A DNA stretch of 64,000 nt, from positions 248,001-312,000 of the forward strand of contig CP060773.1 of the NCBI GenBank assembly GCA_023205875.1. Reading direction: 5' to 3'. The position numbers and the translations under genes are program-made. Positions 34,703 through 44,676 of the stretch are shown one piece after another. Each line of letters begins with the position of its first letter. Positions within the stretch are counted from its first letter, which is position 1. Under the pieces are notes generated by a model, which had not been told where the DNA came from, searched no databases, and saw nothing but the letters and a program-made list of their open reading frames with translations. This DNA is from Chloropicon primus. Lineage: Eukaryota.

Positions 34703-36867
34703 TTACACACTTTTTGGTTGACGCAAGTGCTTCAGGAGGACGTTGCGTGCCCCGTTCACATCCCGACCGCACTTGAAGCCACACTTCTGGCACTTGTACA
34801 CCTCTGCTCCACCCAGGTTGTCCTTGATGTGTCCGCACTTGCCACAGGTCTTGGAGGTGTACTCCTCCGTCACGATCGCCAGCTCACTGCCGTGCAAGAG
34901 CACCTTGGAAGCCAAGAACGTTCTGAACGCATAGTGCCTCAACGTCAAGAGCGTGCGAGCCGTCTTCTTCCTGATCACTCGGCGTCTCCCGTTGTTGTTC
35001 TTCTTCACCATGTCTTGGGACTTGAACTCCGGGAGGAGGATTGTGTCGAACCTCCTGCATAGATCGTTGGCTACCTTTTTGTGAAGCTCGTTCGTCAGAC
35101 CTCGAAGTTTCTCCATGCAGGCGTATTGCTGTCTCTTCAAGTCGCGGCGGTCGAGGTAAGGGAGCTTCACCTTTGGGTCTTTGCGCTCGGAAATGATCTC
35201 ATCAATCCTCCAGCAGAGGTTGAACAGCCTCGCGAAGCCTCGCTCGCCCGTGGCATACTCCCCGACGCCTTCTTGCGGCGAGTACGACGTCTGAAAGGTC
35301 CTGACTCCCGGATCCAGGGCGACAACCTTCCGCTTGTTCTCAGGCTTCAGGGGTGGCAGGCGATCCCATGGCGTCGCGATGGGAATGTGCATGTGGAACT
35401 GCCCAAGGCGATTTCTTGTGATCTTCACGGCACCCTCGATCTTGCCCCCGGGGATCTCCTCCGTCAAGTACAGGGGCCCGCCGGCCATCTTCTTCTTGAA
35501 CACCTCCAGCTTGGTCCACTTGCGTCGTTTCTTGTGCTTCGTATCATCCTTGTGCCTCGTGTTTGGCCTTTCGATCGTCTCCACGTTCTTTAACTCTCTT
35601 GCATCAATTTCAATAGTCCAAGAACTCGGTTGCTGACGTTGACGATACTTGAGAACGAAGCGGTGCCCCTTCTCCTCGCCGCGCTCCTTCATCGCTTCCT
35701 GCTTCGCGGTGTTCGAATCCCATGCCTTGATGAGACTTCGCACGGCAGCTTGTCTGATGGCACAGGGGGTATCCTTCAGCCAAGGATGCTTCTGATTTAC
35801 AAAGGCCCCGCTAACGTAGTCCCGGTCCTTGGCCACTTCGGCGCGAAATCGTCTGCCTCCAATTTGGCTCTCGAGTCTCTTCTCTCTGGCCGCGAAAAGC
35901 TCTGCCTCCTGTTTTGTCCATGGCCGTGGAGAGCATTGGATTTCTTTCAGCTCTTTCTCCAGCCCCTCAAAGACCTCAGGGCGTCGCGGTTTGGCCGTCA
36001 CAAATCTGTCCAGCAGGACGGTCCAAACCAGCGGAAAACCCTCCTTCTTGACCGCCTCCAAACACTTGTTGTATGTGAAACGCGCAGCTCCCATCCAGTT
36101 GCAAAGGCACTTCGCCTGCTCAGGGTTCAAGCGCATCCTAAGCTTCCTCGTCCGTATCACCGTTCGCTCCGGCAATAGCTTGGAGGTCTTCAGTTTCTGC
36201 CCCCTCTTCCTTTTGGCGGGCGACTGCAATGTCTCGACGGATACCACAGAATCTTCTGGAAGGTTCAAGCACGACCTCCATCCCGTCTTCGGACACTTTA
36301 CCTCTTCAAGTTCTCTCTTGATCGATGAGAACCAGGTCTTCTTCACGCTGTCGTCCGCCAAGCCACCCGGCTGCTTCCCTGCTTTCTTCCCCCTCTTGTT
36401 CTTCTTCTTCTTACCCTTCTTCTTGTTCTTCTTCTTGCCCTTCTTGCGAGGCTTCTTGCGAGGCTTGCCTGACGAGCTCGAACTCTCACCCGCAGAGGCG
36501 TCCGCCTCCGGCGGACGCCCCTTCCGCTTCCCCCCCCGCTTCTTGCGAGGCGTGCTCGAACCCTCCTCGAAAGCAGAGGCGGGGTCGTCCAGCGGCTTCC
36601 CTTCCGCTTCCCCCGCTTCTTGCGAGGCGTGCTCGAACCCTCACCCGCAGAGGCGGGGTCGTCCGCGATAGGAAGCAGGCACAACGCGTAGAGCCAGGCT
36701 AAACCCTGATTCCAGAACCGACGTAACGGCTCCGTCGTCGGAGACTCCTGCCCCGACTTCGAAGCGCCCTGAGCATGACTCTCGCCAGAGTGCGACCTCC
36801 TTGTGGAACTCGTCGAGCCACTCCCCTGCTTCTCCTTTTTCTTACGGCGCTTCCCTGATCGCGCCAT
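34703..36867 (-). CDS. Fanzor2 / IS607-type TnpB-like RNA-guided endonuclease; reading frame broken near 36600 (1-nt indel or intron 36644-36469)
   Basis: TnpB N-terminal segment RTRKLRMRLNPEQ...WMGAARFTYN, HPWLKDTP, RuvC-I VVALDPGVRTF, ILLPEF with VTEEYTSKTC, zinc ribbon CGKC..CQKC and RuvC-III RDVNGARN. The upstream ATG ORF (36867) is in another frame. Confidence 0.92.
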
Positions 36868-37080
36868 GACTGTTAGCTGCTACTGCAAGGGTTTCACTCG
36901 CTGCCCTCCTCGTAACTCCTCGTAACTATAGATTTGCCTTGTCCAGCAAGTGAGAACACGAGAAAAACGCTTAGGGGGTTGTCCTTTGGGTGTGACCAAA
37001 CTGGTATACACTGGAATCCCACCAACAGGGGAAAACCTCCAAGGGGAACCAACCGACCGCAAATATCAGGAGAAAGGACG

Positions 37081-38924
37081 ATGCGAGGAGTTGGGAAGCA
37101 GAGAGGTCGGAGGAAGGACGGAAGCGATGACTCGAGCATGGGAGGGTCTCAGTCACCGGAAGACTACCCTTCGACATCGCTCTCTCCTTCCGAATCCAAC
37201 GGTGTGCGCCACGATGAGGGAGAGGAACGAGAGGAAGAAGAGGCAGGGAGTGCATCGACATCTCCTTTGCCACATCTAAATCCAGCAACGGCTTTCGCTT
37301 CGGGCTTCCACTCCATGAGGAACGCTGGCTTGGGCATCGTATCGAAGCATGTTGCCATGAGGACGGGATCCTTGTCCCTCTTGACTCGGTTGGAGAAGTA
37401 CAAGACCCTGGAAGGTCACGGTGAGTCACAACACATGATGAAATACTTTCTTTTGTCTTCCAGCACCTCCAGCCAACACTCTTGCGCTCCCTGTGGAAGG
37501 AAAGCGTCCTGACGATTGGGTTCGATTCCGCCTCGCCACTTCTTCGGCTTCGTGTGCTCGCAGAGGGCTGCGTCAACACTGTAAAGTTCACGAGGGACGG
37601 AAACTCCCTCATCTCTGGCAGCGATGACCATCGTATCAACTTGTACAACTGGAGGACGGGTGACTGTCGAGTGACTTTGGAGACTTTGCACAGAGGGAAC
37701 ATCTTCCAAGCGGAGCAGCTTCTGCATTGTGACAACAGCATCGTGTCTTGTGGTGCAGATGGGGAGGTGCAGATGCACTCGTTGCGCGACGGCGGGAAGT
37801 GTGCGGGCGATCAGACGACGGTGCTCGGGTACCACTCTGGAAGGGTTCACAAGCTCTCGCTGAATCCCGTGGATCCTAACTCGTTCTTGAGCTGTGGGGA
37901 AGACGGGGTTGTCAACACCTACGACGTGAGAACGAACGACTCGAGGATTGCGGTCAAGTTCCTCAACAACAACCGAAGGAAGGTTCCGATTAACTCTGTG
38001 AATCACGATCCGCTGTCCCTGGGAAGAAGGTTTGCCTTGGCCGGGAGCGACAAGTACGTCAGGGTCTACGACTACAGGTACTTGAAGGAGTCGGAGCCCG
38101 TGCAGATGGTGAGTTCACTCCTTCTTTCTTCTTCTTCTCTCTTCCTTTCTTCTGCTCTGACTGACTGACGACGACCGTTGTGGGACACACAGTACACCGC
38201 CAATGACGTGCAGACAGGGTGCTACATCACGTGTTTGGATTACTCGTGCCACGGAGAGCTATTGGCGACGTTCAGCGAAGACTTCATTTACTTGTTCCCG
38301 AAATTCGGTTCCGACAATAAGACGGTGCACTCGGCCAACCAAGAAGAGGCGGAAACGGCGCCCGCGGAGGTTTGCAGCGACATGCAGGTGTACAAGGGGC
38401 ATTTGAATTGCGATACTGTCAAGGGGGTCACCTTCTTTGGACCGAACGACGAGTTCGTGGCCAGCGGCTCGGATTGTGGCCACTGCTTCATTTGGGACAA
38501 GCACAACGCTGACGTTCTCCAGGCCTTCAAGGCAGACAAGGACATATTGAATTGCATCCAACCGCACCCGCACGAGTCCATGACTCTGGCCACCTCCGGG
38601 CTCGACCACAACTGCAAGATTTGGCAGCCAACAGCCTCTCACTCCACTGTCCCAGAGGACTTGGACGAGATCGTCGAGAAGAACATGAGAAGCCTTGAAG
38701 CGGGCGGCGGTTGGCAGCAGCAGGCGAACAGGATCTTGTACGCCCTGCTCAATGATGTGGACGTGATGATAGAAGATGACGAGGGGGGGAGGGTGTCCAT
38801 GTTTGATTACTACTCGAACAACGCTCGCTTCGCTCAAGGGAGTGGACCTGAAAGCAGCGACGGAGATACGGACGGAGACGTGAACAACGGCCCGGAAGCC
38901 ATGATGATGGAGGGGGCCGACTGA
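37081..38924 (+). CDS. WD40 protein, DCAF8-like; exons 37081-37420, 37564-38108, 38193-38924
   Basis: Spliced LEGHEGCVNTVKF..LISGSDD, HRGNIFQA, FLSCGEDG, YKGHLNCDTVKGVTFFGP, SGSDCGH and NCIQPHP. Confidence 0.9.
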
Positions 38925-39008
38925 GGGAAAGTAACCAACAACAACAACAAAAAGAAGAAGAAGAGAAAAAGTGAGAGTTCCTTAGATTCTGCAGTCGACG
39001 AACAAGTT

Positions 39009-39955
39009 CTATTCCTCTGCGCCACCTTTCTCCTCTTTGAGTTTCTGCTGCTTCCTCTCTTCGTTCCACCTTGCTATTTTGGCCCTCCTCTCCGCGTCGC
39101 TCTCCTCCCGGTAGTACTCGTCAGAGTCCCTCCTCCGGCGCCTGTCGTCGCCATCATCCCTCCTGTAGCCAGCTTTCCTCCCCCGCGGGCTTCGACTCCT
39201 TTCCCGAGATCTATCCCTTGGTCGACCCCCGCCCCTTTCCCTCCGGCCCTGGTCCTCCCTCGACCTACCGAACAGCTGCTTGTGCAACTTCCTGCCCACG
39301 GCCTTCATGTGCATGAAGTTGCACTGGCCTCCTCTGGTGCAGCACCTGTCCTCGTGCTGCCTGCAGGTCGCTTCCCTGAAGTTGTGGACAGGAGAAAACT
39401 CCGCCACAATCGTTCTCCCCGCATAGTAACGCCCGTTCAAAGCCTCCAGAGCAGCAGCCGCTGCCCCTTCGTCCCTGGCGAACCTGGCGTACACGTTCCC
39501 GCTGAGGTGGTCAGCCGCATTCTCGCAGACGACAAGTTCCGATACCTTTCCAAACTTACTCAATTCCTCGAACACGTCCTCATAAAAGTCCTCAAAGTGA
39601 TCCTCCACCTCATCCAAGCTCGGTGCCCGCTGCCCTGGTCCCACCATCGACGCCGGACTCACATACATATTCTATCCTCCCAGCACAACACAACCATGAG
39701 ACAACCATGAGACAACACAGAGAGGAAGCAAGGAACCAGGCCAAGTCAGAGACAAAGACATTGATGATGATGATGATGATGGTGATGCTGGTGAAGCTGG
39801 TGACTTACCTTGAAGAGGATGGTTTCAGAACGTTGTGGCTTATTGTGTGCTCGGCTGCAAGCATCTCCGTGCCTGCACGCACCCATCTTGTAATAAAAGG
39901 GACAGTTGTGCCGATCCTTCTCGGTACCAAACATCCTGCCCAACCTGTCCGCCAT
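39009..39955 (-). CDS. U2AF1: Splicing factor U2AF small subunit (U2AF35); exons 39955-39809, 39671-39009
   Basis: [27 protein letters not shown] zinc finger, UHM domain, [19 protein letters not shown] and an RS-like tail. Confidence 0.96.
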
Positions 39956-40247
39956 GTTGTGTTACGCTCCGTTCAGTCCCTCCTCAATGGAATGGATTGG
40001 ATTGGAATGGAATGACTCGGGAAGAAGAGAAGAAGAAGATCTTCTTCTTCTTCTTCTTTTCTCTCTGCTTTGGTTGGTGGATGGAGTTATGGAGCCAAGG
40101 GAAGAAGAGTAAGGTGTGAATCAAGCGTTATGGACAGTGAGAATCGTCCTCGTTTCTTGCCCCCTGCGCTGGTCTCTCTCTTGCTTGGGTCTTCTTCTTC
40201 TTCTTCTCTGTTGTGTTTGGGTTCGCTCCGCCTTGGCCTGGCTTCTG

Positions 40248-40538
40248 GAGAGAGAGAGAGAGGACGATGGGGAGGAGGGATGCAATGGATGGGATGGATG
40301 GAGCAGAGGAGAGAGAGAGGACGATGGGGAGGAGGGATGCAATGGATGGGATGGATGGAGCAGAGGAGAGAGAGAGGACGATGGGGAGGAGGGATGCAAT
40401 GGATGGGATGGAGCAGAGGAGAGAGAGAGGACGATGGGGAGGAGGGATGCAATGGATGGAGCAGAGGAGAGAGAGAGGACGATGGGGAGGAGGGATGCAA
40501 TGGATGGAGCAGAGGAGAGAGAGAGAGGACGATGGGGA
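40248..40538. repeat. Purine-rich minisatellite, five units of 57, 57, 53, 48 and 50 bp plus a partial unit
   Basis: Unit aggacgatggggaggagggatgcaatggat(gggatggat)ggagcagaggagagagag starts at 40261, 40318, 40375, 40428, 40476 and 40526. Confidence 0.95.
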
Positions 40539-40778
40539 GTGAGGAAGGGACAACTGGTGATGGACTGGACAAAGAGAGAGAGGAGGCAGGGAGTGAATGA
40601 CAAGTGAGGGGCGGCATGGACTGGAAGCAGAGAGAAGGGATGGCAAACGGACTTTTGAAGAGACCAAATACGATAAAATTACAAGAGGAGACGGGGGGGG
40701 AGAGGAAGCGCAATCCGAGGTGTCCCTGAAACCCCCTCTCCTCGTCTCGTGCGCGCGTCAGGAAAGACGAGAGGAGAC

Positions 40779-41456
40779 TCAATTCGATTTGGTCTTGGCC
40801 TGCAAGGTGGAAAGCAAGTTGGCGGCGCCAAGGGCGGCGGAACCTCCCAGGACGCACACGAGAGCGACGACGGCCTGCAGAGCGATTTGCGCCGTGGTGT
40901 CCTCAGGGACAAAGTACACGACCGCGGGCCCTGCGGCGAACAGGGCCAAGGCGGCCGTGGTGACAAGGCCCGGAGTGTTCCTGTTCACGGCCGCGGAGAT
41001 GAGGCCGAGGTCCTCGGCTTTCGTGAGAAGGCCGAGCTCCTCGATGGTGGACAACGTGATTCCGGCTTTCTCCACCGCAGAGAGGAGGCCCGCCTCCTCG
41101 AGCTTGGAAAGCAAACGAAGCTCTTGGACCCTGGAGAGCAGAACAACAAAGCGGGAAAGGGTGAGAGAGAGAGAGCGGCCAGTTTCAGTTTCGTGTGCCC
41201 CTCCCCGCAGAGCCAACAACCTGCGGCTGGGCACGTAACCTTACCTCGTGAGGAGCTTCGGCGACTCCCTCGAGTCCTCCGTCTTCTGCCTCGCCACTCC
41301 CTTCTCGAGGGGGTTGTTGATCGCTATGGAAACGCCCCTGCTCTGCCTGCTCCCTTGCGTCTTGCCCAACCGAGCTGTGGTCGTGCGGACCTTCTGCACG
41401 GTCGTCGAGCACCTCGTCGGCATCCTCGTCGCCCTCATCCCCTGCTTCCTCATCAT
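40779..41456 (-). CDS. DUF1118-like plastid membrane protein; exons 41456-41245, 41130-40779
   Basis: Transit-like N-terminus, then [50 protein letters not shown] and two TM helices. Confidence 0.85.
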
Positions 41457-42376
41457 TGCGCTTCCACTTCTCATCGTCAACACTCACTCACTCAGTCACC
41501 GCCCTAGAGAGGAGAGCAGCAAAACAAAATCAAAGTCAGTGCTCAAAATTCACCAGGACGTCACTCGCCTCCGGAGAGAGCTCGTTCAAAAGAGTGTCAG
41601 ACGAAGCGTCTTCCTCAACCCTCCTCCTCCTTCGCCCTCGCCGTCCTCGCCGTCCGCACCCAAACGCGTCACTGGCATGCATGGACACACGACCCAGGGG
41701 GCTCCAAGCTCCTCCAACCCTTAACCCTTTCTAAAATCCTCATCAGGACGTCATCTTCTTCGAGTGACCACTCAAACGAAAGATCGAGAGACACTCTTTC
41801 CATCGATACCTCCCTCGTTCGCTCCCTCTCTTGTTGTCGTCCTCGTTGTCGCGTTGAAGTTCCTCGATCACTTACCTTCTCAGCCTCCTGAAGATCTAAT
41901 CCTCTTCTCTGGCGAATCAGTGGCTGTTATTTCACAGCCATTCCAGTTCCATTTAAAGTGTAAAAAGTCGCATTTGAGTGCGAAGTTCAAATTTGAAGTT
42001 CAAGTGTTTCCCTGTGAAAAAGCGCACAGCGAGGTGAGGTCGCGGCGGCGGAAAGACGTGAACGCAAGGGACGACGTGTTTGATTCAAGGAGAGAAGGAT
42101 CATACCATTCGATAGTTCTTGTCGATATCTTTCCAACGACACCTTTCTCGAACATTTTGGTGGTCGGAGTGATCCACGAGGTTGGGATTCGTGTTGGGTG
42201 CTGCAGGGTTGGATCGCATCGGGTGACTTTATCGAGGAAGGAGGCGGCGAGGGCGAGGGTTGTAGGGCTTGAGACCCTGACAAGGAGAAGACTCGTCTCG
42301 TTATCATTCGATTGACCACCCGCTTGACCCCACGGAGCTCCAAAACACCCAGACAGAGAGGTAGAGAGACAGATAG

Positions 42377-44452
42377 ATGCGACGAGTGATGGCCAGCAGG
42401 AGGATTGGCATACCTCAGAGAACGACGACGGGAAGGCCTTCGGTGGTTCATAACGGTTCGGAGTTGCCTCAGAAGAAATGTAACGGCAGTGGCCTTTTGG
42501 TGCGTTACCCGTACCGGGTGCAGCACCGTGGCAGGGTGTGCGGCTTGCAGCACAACGGGTCCGGGTACCCGACGACGGCGAGCTTGGGACTCCTGAGTGG
42601 TGGTGGTGGTGCCAGTGGGAGGACCTGCTTCCACCACCACCGCTTTGCTCCCCTGGGCTTGCCAAAATCCTGCTCGGATGGCCACCTGCTGTACACGACG
42701 AAGGCGGGCGCGGCGCGGAGAGGGGGAAGGGCTCCCTGCAGGAGCTCCGCCGTGGACAGGGACTCCTCCTCCTCTTCATCGTCGTCGCCGTCCTCGTCCT
42801 CGTCCGGTCACGTCATTCGTCAGGCTGGCGGCAGGAGGAACAGGAACGACCACGGTGGGGGCAAAGTCAGGGCCCAGGACAAGGCCGCCTTCGAGGCGCA
42901 CATGAAGGGCATCAAGGGGTACGACAAGGAGCACTTGTACAGCGCGAGAAACTTGACGGGACTGCAGCTGACCTTCCTCGGCACGAGCGGCGGTGCCCCG
43001 ACCCTGAACAGGAACGTGACCTCCCTGGCCCTGGAAATCTCCGTGCACCGGTCCGTGAACGAGACTTGGCTCTTCGACTGCGGCGAGGCCACGCAGACCA
43101 GGCTCATGCAGAGCAACTTGAAGATCACGAACTTGACGAAGATCTTCATCACTCACATGCACGGTGACCACATCTTTGGGCTCCCGGGCCTCCTTTGCAT
43201 GATAAGCAACGCGAGGAACAAGGTCATCAAGGAGCAGCACGAGCTCGCGAACCAGTCGTCGCTGGGGGGCAGGCAGGCGAGGGGCGGCAAGGGCGGCGGC
43301 GGCAACGACACTCACTGGGCGAGCCAGCCCATCCACATTTACGGCCCCCCCGGCCTCGCCCAGTACATCACGATGAGCTTGGGCCTGAGCGAGACCGGGC
43401 TGAGCGTGCCCCTGGTGATTCACGAGTTCAGCGACCGGCCAGACTCGGGGGGGGAGGAAACCGCGGAGCAGAAGGAGAAGGACCAGGTGAACAACGCGAA
43501 CATCTTCGCGACCGCGAACCACAGACTGAAGAACAAGATCAGGGTGGAGGCCCTGCCCGCGGACTCCCAGAGCCTGGCGATACGTAGCAAAATCATTCAG
43601 ACGGTCAATAGGGACCCTGAGAACGCCAAAAAGTACAGCTGGAGAAAGCAGCAGTTCGGGAAAAACGGGAACGTCAGGGGAAATCAGGGTGCCCTCGACA
43701 GGTGGGAGTGCATGAGGTGGCACTTGGACTTGTACGAGGCCAACGAGGCCATCGAGGTGGTTGCTTGCCCGCTCAAGCACCGCGTGGATTGCTGGGGCTA
43801 CGTCATCAAGGAGAAGGACCAGCCGGGGAAGATGGACACGGAGAAGGTGAAGATGCTGGGATTGAGGAAGGGCCCGATCTTGAAGGACTTGAAGAACGGG
43901 GAAACGGTGCAGTGCCCGAACACCGGCAAGTGGATCAAGCCAGAGGATGTCTTGGGGCCAAGCAAGCCGGGGAGGAAGGTCGTGATTCTCGGCGACACCA
44001 GCGACAACAGGTGGGTCGCTCAGAACGCCAAGGACGCCGACGTCGTTGTGCAAGAGGCCACCTTCAGCAACGAGATGAGGATGAGGGCTTTTGCCTCTGG
44101 GCACAGCACGGCCGGGATGGCCGGGAGCTTTGCAAAGTACGTGGATGCCGGGTCTCTGATCCTGACGCATTTCAGCGCCAGGTTCGAGGACATGGGAGGC
44201 AGCTACCACTCCCTCGAGGAGTTGAGGCGATCGAGCAAGAATCCAGGGAAGCTGAAGGACCTCTTGGCGGCGGAGAGGGACCAGGAGTACAGCTCAATAG
44301 CGCTGCTGAAGAAACAAGCCATCGAGAAGTTTGGGAAGAAGTCTGTATTTGCGGCGGAAGATCTCATGGTATTTTGTGTGGAGAAGAAAGACCCGCACAA
44401 CAGGGAAGCCCCCTCCCTCGTGTTCCCAAGGAGGCTCACCTCGGGCCTGTGA
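42377..44452 (+). CDS. rnz: Ribonuclease Z (bacterial/short type, metallo-beta-lactamase fold) with long N-terminal extension
   Basis: FLGTSGGAPT..RNVT, LFDCGEATQ, THMHGDHIFGLPG, exosite GLRKGP..LKNG, ILGDT, GHSTA and LTHFSAR. Confidence 0.93.
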   Translation: MRRVMASRRIGIPQRTTTGRPSVVHNGSELPQKKCNGSGLLVRYPYRVQHRGRVCGLQHNGSGYPTTASLGLLSGGGGASGRTCFHHHRFAPLGLPKSCSDGHLLYTTKAGAARRGGRAPCRSSAVDRDSSSSSSSSPSSSSSGHVIRQAGGRRNRNDHGGGKVRAQDKAAFEAHMKGIKGYDKEHLYSARNLTGLQLTFLGTSGGAPTLNRNVTSLALEISVHRSVNETWLFDCGEATQTRLMQSNLKITNLTKIFITHMHGDHIFGLPGLLCMISNARNKVIKEQHELANQSSLGGRQARGGKGGGGNDTHWASQPIHIYGPPGLAQYITMSLGLSETGLSVPLVIHEFSDRPDSGGEETAEQKEKDQVNNANIFATANHRLKNKIRVEALPADSQSLAIRSKIIQTVNRDPENAKKYSWRKQQFGKNGNVRGNQGALDRWECMRWHLDLYEANEAIEVVACPLKHRVDCWGYVIKEKDQPGKMDTEKVKMLGLRKGPILKDLKNGETVQCPNTGKWIKPEDVLGPSKPGRKVVILGDTSDNRWVAQNAKDADVVVQEATFSNEMRMRAFASGHSTAGMAGSFAKYVDAGSLILTHFSARFEDMGGSYHSLEELRRSSKNPGKLKDLLAAERDQEYSSIALLKKQAIEKFGKKSVFAAEDLMVFCVEKKDPHNREAPSLVFPRRLTSGL

Positions 44453-44676
44453 AGCTTGTCGTTATTTAAGCCCTTTCTTTGAATGGATGACCCATATCTC
44501 GTCTCTCTCACCTCTCTCTCTCTCTCTAATGATGATGCATCGACGACCCTCACCCTCACCCCTCTCCTCTTCTGTTGGACAGCAGCCGACGGATGCGGAT
44601 CCCATCGCAGGGCGGCAGGCGAGAAAGAATGGCATGTATATATACAAGTGAAAGGCGGGTTATATGAAAAACGGCA

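Larger units (their letters stand above)
34545..37060 (-). mobile_element. Putative non-autonomous Fanzor-carrying element; ends uncertain
   Basis: A TnpB-family gene sits between two host genes, with no transposase ORF. There is a short direct repeat (ctcctcgtaa x2, 36906-36925) on the 5' side. No TIR or TSD was identified. Confidence 0.5.

Noticed and set aside
36880..37080. IS607 TnpA serine recombinase or terminal inverted repeats next to the Fanzor
   Set aside because: Only about 200 bp separate the Fanzor ATG from the WD40 gene. No resolvase motif or convincing TIR/TSD was found by eye.
40070..40857. Several overlapping repetitive ORFs
   Set aside because: They are produced by the purine-rich minisatellite and have no recognisable protein features.
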